From a virus (Duplodnaviria; Caudoviricetes): a stretch of 64,000 nt of DNA. The notes below the pieces were generated by a model. The model did no database searches and had not been told where the DNA came from. It was given only the letters and a program-made list of their open reading frames with translations. A program made the position numbers and the translations under genes. The DNA lies in IMG/VR virus record IMGVR_UViG_3300025011_000016; one strand, given 5' to 3'. Positions 30,840 through 42,100 of the stretch are shown here, one piece after another (the stretch's first letter is position 1; each line of letters opens with the position of its first letter).

Positions 30840-32111
30840 ATGGCTAATAGCTTCTTAGATCGTTTAAGATCAATTGATAAAAAAGGGTTATTCACCCCAA
30901 CACAAACATCAATCAGTTATGCCAGTGGTTTTGTACCATTTGATTATCGAAATGGGTATATGGTTGAGGTAAGAGATTTACAAGAAACCTTAATAGATTC
31001 ATATCCATCAGTCGGTGTTATTGGAGGTACCTTTTTAACGATTATTGGAAAATCTGGTGTTGCAAAAACAACATTTGCCGCTCAACTGGCAGCTCAGATA
31101 GTTAATAGGTTTACAGATAATGCATTCGTGCAACACTATGATCTTGAACAAGCATTGACATATACTCGTATTAAGAATATCACAGGTATGACTCAACAAC
31201 AACTTGATGATAAATATATATTAAAACAAGAAAAGAATTATATTGAAGATATTTATGACGCAATTATGTTAGTTGCAAATCAAAAAGAGGAATTTAAGAA
31301 GGATTTTATTTATAATACAGGATTAAAAGATGAATTCAATAGACCCATACATGCGTATGTACCAACTGTAATGATCATAGATAGTCTCCCTACACTAGCA
31401 TCCAAAGAAGCCTCTGATTCAATAGAAGGTGGTACGTATACACTCAGACTGGCAAAAGCTGTTACTCAATTTTACAAACGATTGATGCCGATCATAAAAA
31501 CATATAATATTACGGTTATAGCTGTAAACCATATAAATGTTAAGATGGACATAAACCCCTTGGCTAAGACTCAGCCACAGCTATTGTATTTGAAAATGGA
31601 TGAGAGTATACCTTGCGGCCATGCAGCAATATATTTCGCAAATCTATTAGTAAAATTTATTGCTGTAGGTTCTAGTAAATTTACTACTGAAAAAGATGGT
31701 TTCGACGGTGTTACTATAAGATGTGAATTTCTTAAATCACGCACTAATAAGGCCGGTCAATCCTGTAATATGGTATATAATCAATCAACGGGTTTTGACC
31801 CCATAATGACACAATATCAATTTGCTAAAGATAATAATTTAATTGATGGACGGAATCCATATCAATATGTAATTGATAATAAAGATATAAAATTCGATTC
31901 GAGGCATTTTAGAAAAGCTTTTCTTACTGATGAAAAACTCAGATTTGCATTATTTAATAAAACAGTACCCATTCTCGAAAAACAATTATCTCATGTAGAT
32001 CCAGAGGATGCTAATAATATGTCAATAAGTGAAATATTCGAACGTCTTGAACGAACACAAGAAACTGCTTCCAATGAATTATCTATTGGTGATATTTTAA
32101 AAATTAGTTAA
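30840..32111 (+). CDS. recA: RecA/UvsX-like recombinase
   Basis: Walker A GKSGVAKTT, YDLEQAL, Walker B IIDSL and IAVNHI. Confidence 0.82.
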   Translation: MANSFLDRLRSIDKKGLFTPTQTSISYASGFVPFDYRNGYMVEVRDLQETLIDSYPSVGVIGGTFLTIIGKSGVAKTTFAAQLAAQIVNRFTDNAFVQHYDLEQALTYTRIKNITGMTQQQLDDKYILKQEKNYIEDIYDAIMLVANQKEEFKKDFIYNTGLKDEFNRPIHAYVPTVMIIDSLPTLASKEASDSIEGGTYTLRLAKAVTQFYKRLMPIIKTYNITVIAVNHINVKMDINPLAKTQPQLLYLKMDESIPCGHAAIYFANLLVKFIAVGSSKFTTEKDGFDGVTIRCEFLKSRTNKAGQSCNMVYNQSTGFDPIMTQYQFAKDNNLIDGRNPYQYVIDNKDIKFDSRHFRKAFLTDEKLRFALFNKTVPILEKQLSHVDPEDANNMSISEIFERLERTQETASNELSIGDILKIS

Positions 32112-32137
32112 ATATAAAAAAGGAGGAAAATAATATT

Positions 32138-32476
32138 ATGAGTAAATTATATACGTTAAAACAAATTCGGGAATTTGCAAAGGTGTACCTTCAACCAGAA
32201 TCTGAAACTGATAAATGTCGTGTTGTAGAAAATTCTCGTTTAAAGGTTTTTCTATGTGCCATTGCCGTAGATGATATAATTGATATTTTTCTAGATAATT
32301 ATTTACGAGTGGGTGATATTGTTGTCAATAACGATGGTGTTAAAGGTATTATTATCACAAAAGATCATGATACTATAACCGTAAACTATGGAGATAATTC
32401 TTGTATTATATATAGGGATATAGATGAAATAACCAAAGTGCAACATACCGTCAAAATGAGGAGTTTAGTGAAATGA
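32138..32476 (+). CDS. Hypothetical protein
   Basis: RBS AGGAGG. Paralogous to the next ORF. Confidence 0.6.
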   Translation: MSKLYTLKQIREFAKVYLQPESETDKCRVVENSRLKVFLCAIAVDDIIDIFLDNYLRVGDIVVNNDGVKGIIITKDHDTITVNYGDNSCIIYRDIDEITKVQHTVKMRSLVK

Positions 32477-32832
32477 AAGACAAAACTTATACTATTGAAC
32501 AAATAAAATCATATGCTGCGTATTGGTTAAAACCAGCAACTTGTTCTGATGTTAAAGATAGTGTTATTGAAAACGAACGATTGCAATCTTTTATACACTA
32601 CATTGACATGGAAGACGATAGTTCAAATATCGATAAGGTCTTAGAGAAACAATTAAAATCTGGTGATGTTGTATATGATCCAAATAATGTTATCGGAGTT
32701 GTTCGCACTATATATGGTAACGGTAGAGTCTCTGTGCAACAATTATCAGGGGATACAATTATTCAATGTTCATATGATACCCCAAAAGTATTATCTAAGT
32801 TAAATCCTTTATTCACAGGAAAATTAAGATGA
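32473..32832 (+). CDS. Hypothetical protein, paralog of the previous ORF
   Basis: Shared YT(L/I)xQIxxxAxxxLxP..EN.RL..F..GD(I/V)V pattern. ATGA overlap. Confidence 0.6.
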   Translation: MKDKTYTIEQIKSYAAYWLKPATCSDVKDSVIENERLQSFIHYIDMEDDSSNIDKVLEKQLKSGDVVYDPNNVIGVVRTIYGNGRVSVQQLSGDTIIQCSYDTPKVLSKLNPLFTGKLR

Positions 32833-33425
32833 TTGAAAAAGAGATTAAGGTTCTAAATATTGATAAAACTACTATTGAGACATTATTGATATCTAAAGGT
32901 TGTGCGTTATGTAAGGATGAGATTCAAGAGAATATTACCTATAGGGGAGATAGTTTAGGTTCCATACGATTGAGGAAAACTACATCTTCATTAACTGGTA
33001 ATGTATCATATGAATTAACTCGGAAAACTGATATTGAGAAACTTGATAATGAAGAATGTGTAATGCAAAATGAAAAGAGTATTGATATATCTGAACAAGA
33101 ATTTTGTACTGCTCAAAAACTATTTAACTGTATAGGTTTAATACAGGGAATTAGAGGAAAGAAACATCGTAGAAGTTTCCATTTAAATGGATTCTTATAT
33201 GAAATTGATAAATGGGTAGATGAAATTCTACCCATTACCTATTTAGAAGTAGAAACTCAAAATCCGAATTTAAGAATTATTAATGGATTAAAACAAATTT
33301 GGTCTGATGATGAAATTGCTACATTAGTTATAAGCACCGATGGTATTGGTACATTAGTTAAAATTCATAAGAATGTTGGAATTGAAGCTTATATTGAATC
33401 CCTTATGGTATTTCGTAGATCATAA
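32829..33425 (+). CDS. CYTH-domain protein (class IV adenylate cyclase/triphosphatase fold)
   Basis: N-terminal EKEIK (ExExK), IRLR, K.RRSF, EIDKW and YLEVE. Confidence 0.75.
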   Translation: MIEKEIKVLNIDKTTIETLLISKGCALCKDEIQENITYRGDSLGSIRLRKTTSSLTGNVSYELTRKTDIEKLDNEECVMQNEKSIDISEQEFCTAQKLFNCIGLIQGIRGKKHRRSFHLNGFLYEIDKWVDEILPITYLEVETQNPNLRIINGLKQIWSDDEIATLVISTDGIGTLVKIHKNVGIEAYIESLMVFRRS

Positions 33426-33527
33426 GTAAATAATATTTATATATTATTAATGTGAAAGGAGGTCATTGATGATAATATTTAAATACTCCAGTGTGATAAA
33501 ATAATATGAAGAAAGAAGGGAACCATA

Positions 33528-36500
33528 ATGGCAGTAACACCACCAAAGAAAGTGGTCCCAAATTTATCATTGAAAGAAACATTGCAAGAGAAGGAACAAT
33601 TATATCATGGTAAAGATGATATATTCGGAATGACATTACTTACCAATCCAGGGTATATTAGTGCATCTCGAAACATTATGTTTACTTCTCATTTAAGACA
33701 ATTCGTAAATTTGAATAAACCGGATTTCCCAAAAGTATTAACGAATTATGAAAATCTTGTTGGTAAACATTCAACTGGATATTTCAAACCTAAGAATGAT
33801 TTAATCGTTGTGGATAAGATACCCAAGTTTAATGATATAAATGATGCAAATCATTTATATCTATTATTCTTATATGATAAGAAGACTAATACTTACTCCG
33901 TTATACAGAAAAAGATCGTTGAAGATCTAACAGAGAAGTTTGGTTTTAAATATAAGAATGATCTTATGGATTCTAAATCTATCGGAGATAAAATACAAGG
34001 AGGTAAAACATTATATTCATCCACATCATATGATGAAGATGATAATTATAACTATGGTAGAAATATTAAGTTTATGTATCTACTTGAAAACAATACTATT
34101 GAAGATGCCATAAAGTGCTCTGAATCGTTATCTAAAGAAATGACTTCGACTGAGGTTGAAACTGTAAAGATATCATTCAATGATAATGAAATCATGTGTA
34201 ATCTTTATGGCAACAATGATGAATACAAAGGTTTTCCAGATATTAATGAAAGGGTTAAAGATAAGATCATATGTGCCAAAAGAAGAATTCATAACAATCA
34301 ATTATTATTCGATCTAAAGAAATCAAATCTACGTAAGATTAATTTTATGTCAGATAACTTATTCTTTATTGATGGAAAGATTGTTGATATTACTATCTAT
34401 TCAAATAAACCTATTGGAGAAATTGAAGATAATATCTTTAATCATCAAATGTTAAAATACCTTAAAATGCAAAAAGAATTTTATACTAAAGTTTTAGATA
34501 GGTGTAAAAAGATAATTGCATCTGGAGCTAAATATTCAAATGAAATAAATTTCTATTATAAGAAAGCTAAGAATATATTAGACGATAATTACATGTACAA
34601 GGAAGAAGATAACAGTGTATTTAGTAATATGGTTATTGAATTCCTTGTTGAACGAGAAGTTCCTTTATCAGTAGGACAGAAGATTACTGGTCGTTACGGT
34701 AATATAATTGCTGTATTTTCTTTAATTGTCGGGGATATCCTTATAGCTTAAACTACTATTAGTAACAAGTTTAAGATTGGACAATTCGCAGCCAAGATTG
34801 TTAATAAACAATAAGGTTCAACGACTAGAGTGAAAACTCGTAGATTCGAAAGAATTGAAATGGGAAAACGATAGATTTTAATCTATTGAAGATATAGTCT
34901 AATATCCTAATGGAAGTTAGGGAAGTTCATAAGAGAACTGCATTATATAATAATGTGAATACTTGAATAAAGGTATTATAAGTCAGATCATACCAGATGA
35001 AGAAATGCCATTTCTTGAAACTGGTGAACGTGTCGATTGTATATTCAACTCCCTAAAATTTTGGGGCTTTATGTAGTGATATATAATGAAAACTACTTTA
35101 ATTGCGGGAAAATTCTTATGGCTTTATAATATAAAGATTGGACAATCCGCAGCCAAGATTGTTAGTAAACAATAAGGTTCAACGACTAGAGTGAGAACTC
35201 GTAGATATTAATATCGAAATTGGTAGAATCTTCTATATAGAAGATTATGAGATAGTCTGGTATCCTATATAACTATAGGGAAGTTCATAAGGGAACTGCA
35301 TTAATTAATAATTACTGTGAACACAACGAGGTGTGATAAATCGCTTAACTGAGAAGGTCCGGGCGATGTAAAACCTTTCTAATTGCGGGGACATTTGTTA
35401 ATTTCAATTTACCAAGTTAATATATTAATGGCTTAGTCCAATCAACTAAGGTATGGTAATAAGAATTGAAATTGAGTAATCCGCAGCCAAGATTGTTAAT
35501 AAACAATAAGGTTCAACGACTAGAGTGAAAACTCGTAGGTTTATTTATAAGCCGAAACGGAAGGCTGGTAATACTTAATATTATTAGAAGATATAGTCTA
35601 AAACATTTGTGAACTCATTTCAGTTATATGAGCAGTCAATAAATTTTATATGTAATCGCATAAGAGAAAGAATTGCGATAACAGAAGATATCTCTATAAA
35701 AGAACAAATGGTATTTAGTATTGTGGGTCATTTTAATCCTGAAGAACAAAGAAGACTTAGGATATATTATGATAAGTTATCAGATAATGGTAAGGATCAT
35801 TTCTTCGATGATATAGTCAAGCAAGGTATCTATATACACATTCCTCCACTTTGGGAAGACGTATGTTTATTCGATAAACTAAGAGCAATATATGCTGAAT
35901 TCACATGGATAAAACCATACTCAGTTTATGTGAATAAATTTGGAAGAAAGATCAAAATGATGAAGGATTTAATTGTCGGAGAAATGTATGTTCTTAAATT
36001 AAATCAAACTTCAAAGAAAGGTTTTTCAGCCAGATCCACTGGTTCGTTATCGAAGAGAGGAATTCCTATTTATTTATATGGGACTATATAGAGTAATCTA
36101 TATTGTGAAAACATTTTAATTGACGGGAAACTCCTTAGAACTTCTTAATTGAAGATTGGACAATCCGCAGCCAAGTCTCTTATAATAAGAGAAAGGTTCA
36201 ACGACTAATTTAGAGCTCAAGTGAGTGGATGAGAATCCTTTTAAATCAAAATAAATGTCATCCGTAAAAATAATAAATAACGGATGGTGATATAGTCTTG
36301 TATCCTATATAGTTATAGGGAAGTTCATAAGAGAACTGCATAGATTAACGACCTATGTGAAAGTATCGGAGAAATCAAATAAAGCAAAAACCCATCAAGA
36401 ATTATATCCACATACGCCTCAATTTGTAGGGGCTGTTGTATAGTAATATATAATGAATCTTTCTTAATTGACGGGAACCTTCTTAGAGCCTTATTTACTA

Positions 36501-37552
36501 AACTATAAGTATTATAGTGGCCAGAATAATTAACTGGGTATAGTAATAAAAATAAGGATTGGATAATCCGCAGCCAAGATTCTTATATAAGAATAAGGTT
36601 CAACGACTATCGAAAGCTTTTAATTAAGTTAGTAGAGTAAGCTCACAAGTCAATAATGGTGAGTTAAAACAGAAAGCTCCTAGAAATAGGATAAAGATAT
36701 AGTCTGCTATCTCAAGGAAACTTGAGGAGTTCATAATGGAACTGCATAAATTGACGATTTATGTGAACAAAAAAGGATACGAATTGGAGATTACTTATAT
36801 AGTTTCCCTGCATAGTAATATGCAGTTTAACAACTCTTTTAATTGACGGGAAACTCCTTAGTGCTTTATAATATAAAGATTGGACAATCCGCAGCCAAGC
36901 CTCTTTATGAGAGAAAGGTTCAACGACTAGAGCATTGCTCATAGATTTACAAGTTAATGGTAAGTCGAAATGGAGAGCTCTATTAATAAACTTTATTAAT
37001 AGATGAAGATATAGTCTGCACCTTAAAGAAATTTAAGGACAATCTTTTGAATTGTAATACATGTTACGAATGTATTTAACATATTGGCAGGAAAATATTA
37101 ACAGTATGATAGGTGTCGATCCAGACATCATAGCTAAACTACATTTATTCTATAGGTCTTCAGTTGTTGGAAGAAGAAACTTAGGTGAAACTTTGGCAAC
37201 TAGACTTAAGTTATTAAATGATTTTAAGTATTCTGCGGAATTCAAAAATAGAAATGTTGAAATTTTACAGGCATATTTAAAAGCTATGGGCGTAAAGATT
37301 GTATTTGAAAATGAGAATATGTATATTGAAATCTATACTGATCAGTTAGAAGAATATTCATCTGAGGGTAGGATATATATATGTACTAAACGTGAGTTTG
37401 AAGCCGTTCAGAGAGAAGCAGAAGTTCGCAGAGAGTTCCGTGAGGATAAGTGCTTAGTGGGAACTCATGCTGAAGTTGAAGCTATTATTCAAGCTCGTAT
37501 CAGCGATCTAAACAAACGAGATACTCATTATGTAATTGACATAAATTTATAA
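33528..37552 (+). CDS. RNA polymerase beta-subunit C-terminal half (probably non-virion RNAP), 7 exons / 6 introns (~755 aa)
   Basis: Exons 33528-34700, 34966-35054, 35329-35345, 35610-36067, 36369-36419, 36777-36791 and 37088-37552 (2268 nt). Restores KITGRYG|NKG, FNSL|GVINR|LNSFQ, GIP|EK and TP|IRIGD|QEN. Confidence 0.88.
34701..34965 (+). ncRNA. Group I intron betaC-I1
   Basis: P1 TACGGT/GCTGTA and core motifs. Confidence 0.88.
35055..35328 (+). ncRNA. Group I intron betaC-I2
   Basis: P1 CCCT/GGGG and core motifs. Confidence 0.88.
35346..35609 (+). ncRNA. Group I intron betaC-I3 (no recognisable P9 domain)
   Basis: P1 ATCGCT/GGCGAT and core motifs. Only 11 nt lie between GATATAGTC and the terminal G. 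Confidence 0.8.
36068..36368 (+). ncRNA. Group I intron betaC-I4
   Basis: P1 TCCT/GGGA and core motifs. Confidence 0.88.
36420..36776 (+). ncRNA. Group I intron betaC-I5
   Basis: P1 GCCT/GGGC and core motifs with a variant P7-P8 region. Confidence 0.85.
36792..37087 (+). ncRNA. Group I intron betaC-I6
   Basis: P1 GGAGAT/GTTTCC and core motifs. Confidence 0.85.
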
Positions 37553-37693
37553 GGTGTGTTTATCACACCTTATTCTTTTTTTATTTCCGTATATATAGGA
37601 TTTATAAGTATATATTATAATATTAATAAACCTAAGAGTGTAAGTTAAGTTATACATATAAAGAGATATTTAGAAGGAGAGGAGAAATTTACT

Positions 37694-38518
37694 ATGATCC
37701 TTAAGAAAAATCTATTACCTATTATTAATACAACTGGAATTGCAAAGGTTATTGTGGTTGCTACTCAAAAAGGTGGATCTGCTAAGACAACATCTACATG
37801 TAATCTAGCTGTTGCTATGGCGGAACGAACAGGTAAACGAGTTGCCATAATTGATTTCGATCCACAAGGTCATGTTAGTACAACTTTTGGATATGATAAG
37901 ACAGCATATAAATCTACAATATATGATGTCCTTATTGGAGATCAACCATTAAGTTCAATCCGAGTAAAAACCAAATATGGAGTAGACATATATCCATCTA
38001 ATAGGGAACTTGCCAATATTGAACATGAAATCATCTTAAACAGAATTATGTTTCCAAGAGACAAGTTTGTGCTTAGAAATGTTATTGATGATATAAAACA
38101 TAGATATGATTATATCTTCATTGATACACCACCGAGTTTAAGTTTGATAACATTAAATGCTCTAGTGGCGGCAGATGAAATTCTTATTCCTGTCCAAATG
38201 GAACCATTGGGTGCTGACGGTCTAGTTGAATTGTTAGAAACTATAAGTTCAATAGTTAGACAATACAATCCCGATATTGTTATCAAAGGGGTTATTGGTA
38301 CTATGCTCGATAGACGAGCTAAGTCTATGGTTACTCAACTTGTCCAGGATATAAATATGTTCTGTGACAAAAATAAGATTCATATCTGTGAGACTTTCGT
38401 TAGGAGAGCGCCACGAATGTCTTATATTGGCGGTATACCTGTTATCTTAGGTGATCGTAAATGTGAAGCCGTTATGGATTATAAAAAAATATTAGAGGAG
38501 CTGTTCTGTTATGAGTAA
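37694..38518 (+). CDS. parA: ParA/Soj-family partition ATPase
   Basis: Deviant Walker A QKGGSAKTT, IDFDPQG and IDTPPSL. Confidence 0.92.
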   Translation: MILKKNLLPIINTTGIAKVIVVATQKGGSAKTTSTCNLAVAMAERTGKRVAIIDFDPQGHVSTTFGYDKTAYKSTIYDVLIGDQPLSSIRVKTKYGVDIYPSNRELANIEHEIILNRIMFPRDKFVLRNVIDDIKHRYDYIFIDTPPSLSLITLNALVAADEILIPVQMEPLGADGLVELLETISSIVRQYNPDIVIKGVIGTMLDRRAKSMVTQLVQDINMFCDKNKIHICETFVRRAPRMSYIGGIPVILGDRKCEAVMDYKKILEELFCYE

Positions 38519-39092
38519 GAAAGAAAAAATGCAACGTAGTACGTTAACACATTCACTTGAGCCGGTTGAATCACAAGGCTTTGATGACGAAGATTCTATT
38601 AGAAATGAGGAGGAAACTGCAATGAACAAAATTACCGAGGGAGAACAATCTAAACCGGATGGGAATATTGAAAATTTAATCGGGAGTATCAACAAAGAAG
38701 AAATCACTAGTGATAGTCAAATAAATGAAGTTTCAGGCACTACGGATGATAATGATCAACGTGTCCGTGTTCAATTACCCGAAAACGCGCTATATGATCA
38801 CAATGCAAAACAAGTGGTTGCCTTTGATTGTAGAGTTGGCGTTATATTGAATGGTGTGGAATTCAATCCAGAACAAATTGTTCAGAGAATATGGGATAGT
38901 ATCGAACGAAAAAGACTTGAGGGAATTAACGAGCCGCCCCGTATCATTCAATGGAAAAATAAACGTGAAGTCGAAAAGCCTAAACTAATAATTATTCCGG
39001 ACGTTCCTAAACAGGTATCAAAACCTGTAGTTACTCATAAGCCGGGTGCAGCTATATCAGCAATTGGAAGACAATTCGGAATGATGATTTAG
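38511..39092 (+). CDS. Hypothetical protein, translationally coupled to parA (candidate partner)
   Basis: 8-nt overlap with parA and an acidic, low-complexity N-terminus. Confidence 0.55.
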   Translation: MSKKEKMQRSTLTHSLEPVESQGFDDEDSIRNEEETAMNKITEGEQSKPDGNIENLIGSINKEEITSDSQINEVSGTTDDNDQRVRVQLPENALYDHNAKQVVAFDCRVGVILNGVEFNPEQIVQRIWDSIERKRLEGINEPPRIIQWKNKREVEKPKLIIIPDVPKQVSKPVVTHKPGAAISAIGRQFGMMI

Positions 39093-39186
39093 CAAATTAA
39101 TAGGAGGATTTTACAGATCCTTCTTTTTTTTCTCTTAATATCAAATTTAAATATATATTATATAGTTGGATTAAAAAATATATGGG

Positions 39187-42100
39187 GTGAAAGATATGGA
39201 TAAGCAAAATATAATATCACAATTAAGTGATATTCATCAAAGGTTATTAGAAAAAGAAGATTTTGTTGATACTATACAGAGACTAGAATTAATGAAGATC
39301 AATAGACTTATCAATTATCTTTTATATGCAATTACTGAATATGATCCAGATGACAAATTAATACTTCAATTATTAATAAGGATATTGCAAAATATCTTTA
39401 ATAATAGTAGTGAAATATCTCCTGTGACCGATGAGGATTATGATAAATTATATGAGTTAAACAGACAATTTAATAATGAAGAAATTGTTGGATCGTCTTT
39501 TAATAAATCCAATAAGATAATTTCAAGTCATAAATATCCTGATTTGAGAGGAACTCTAGATAAGGTCCATTTCATTAGAATTAAAGATAAGGGTAAAGAC
39601 AAACGAAGATCTATAGAAGATTTTATTAATACTGTAGAAAATAAAATAGGCAGATCTTTAACTAAGGATGAATCATTCGCCTATCTATTTCCTAAATGGG
39701 ATGGTATATCATGTATATTCGAATGTGATGAAAATGGTAATACCGATAAGGCATTATCTAGAGGTGATACTGATATAAATGAAGCGGTCGACTGGACTAA
39801 ATTGTTTAAAGGATCTAATTTCAAGTATGTGTTCGGTAATGATATAAATAGATTATTTGGTTTAAAAACAGAGATTGTAATGAGTCGTTCAAATTATAAA
39901 TTAATATGTGAAAAAGAAGGAGATCTTAAAAGTCCAAGGAGTGCCGTATCGTCTATATTAACTTCATTAACTGGTGACACATCGAATTTACCATATCTAA
40001 CTATAATACCTTTACAGACTCAGGAGTTTGAAACTAAATCTATATATACTCCAACTATAGTATATGATGAGTTTCCATACAGTGGAGGATATTTAAACAA
40101 TTTAGATGAGATCGAATTAAGAATGTTGGAGTTAAGAGAACGTATTTATACTGAAATGGATATAGATACAGATGGTGTGGTTTTTCGTTTAGCTGATCCA
40201 TATATACAAAAACTATTGGGTCGGGAAGATAAGATAAATAAATATGAGTTTGCATATAAATTCCCTCCAGAACAAAAGAAAACTATAATTAAAAATGTTA
40301 ATTTCTCAGTTGGTCTTTTAGGTTCAGTGCGACCAGTAGCAGTAATAAAACCTGTTACAATAAAAGGTAATACTATAACCAATATATCATTGGGTTCTAT
40401 AGATAGATTTGAAGAATTGGATTTAAGATTAGGTGATGAAGTTATAATAAAATATGATGTTATACCATACCTATCAATAGATTCAACATGTAGAAAAGGA
40501 GATGGGACTAAGTTTACAACTCCAACAAAATGTATATATTGTAAGGAAGAATTAGTTAAAGATCCCATATTGAAATGTATTAACGAAAAATGTAATTGTC
40601 GAATTATAGGTAAGATTCTAAACTATACTAGTAAGATGAGTATTTCAAATATGGATGTTGGAACAGTAACCACTTTATTTGAAAATAAGTTATTACGATC
40701 TATTGGTGATCTATATAAACTCAAAGATCATAAATCTGATATAGTTTCATTAAGTGGTTTTGGTGAAAAATCCTTTAATAATATTATTAAAGGTATTGAT
40801 TCAAGACGAGATGTTTATGATTATGAGTTATTGGGTTCATTGGGTATTACAGATATAGGTAGGAAAATGTTTAAGCGAATTTTAAATATATATTATATTG
40901 ATGAACTTATAGATTCAAGTACATGAGTCTCATTGCATAGTGATATGTAATAGTAATTACTTTAATTGCGGGGATCTCCTTAGAACTTAAAACACTCTAA
41001 AGTAATAATGTTTAAGATTGGACAATCCGCAGCCAAGATTCTTAATAAAGAATAAGGTTCAACGACTATCCCAGTGGATGTGAAATTCATCATTAGGAGT
41101 AGGGCTCAAGTGAGTTGGGTGAAATCCCATTAAATCGAAATGAGTAACCCCATTATAAACCATTATAATGGGTGAAGATATAGTCTGTGCTTTAAGGAAA
41201 CTTAAAGATATAACTTAATCGTAAGTCCTAAAAATTTCATTTATATATTATTACTATGATACTAACAAATAATATAAGAAAGGAGGTGAATTAAATTGAT
41301 TAAAACTTTTAAAACAAGAATACGACCGACGAAAGAACAAGAAGTATATTTAAACAAATGCTTTGGATACAGAAGGTTTATATATAATAATGCTTTAGAA
41401 TACTTTAATACGATCTTAGAATTCAATGGTAATAATCTGGATAAAACATTAAAGAAGTTCTTTAATAAGTTTGATTATATCACTAATATATATTCTAAGA
41501 AAGAAAAAGAACCTGAACTGGAATGGACTAGGGAATATAATAAAAACATAAAGGATCAGGTATCTAGTGATTTTAATATAGCTGTTAATAGATTCTTTAA
41601 CGATATTAAAAATAAGAAGCGATGTAAACTTCATTTTAAAAGAAAGATCCATGGAAATGGGTCTTTTAGAATATACAATAAAAATAAAGGTAATGTTAAA
41701 ATTCTTGATAAAAACATATTCTCTTTTATTATTAATAGAGAATATGGTCATATGTCATTAAAAACATATGAAGATATAAGCTTTTTATATCATCATGATA
41801 TAAAAACTATGTCTATTCGTATGAAGAATTTTAAATATTATGTTTCATTCACCTATGAATTGGACATTCCAAAGCATGATCATGAGAAAGACATCATAGG
41901 TATAGACTTAGGGATACATAATCCAGTAGTTTGTTTTGATGGAAAAGATGTCATAGCTCCTAAATTTCCGAAAGGAATTATTAAGAGACTAGAGAAGAAA
42001 GTCGATAAGTTTTCAACGATAGTTTCTAAGAAGAAATATGATAAACGTAATCCATCAAAGAACTATATAAAAGCGAGAACCAAGCTTAATGATATTTATA

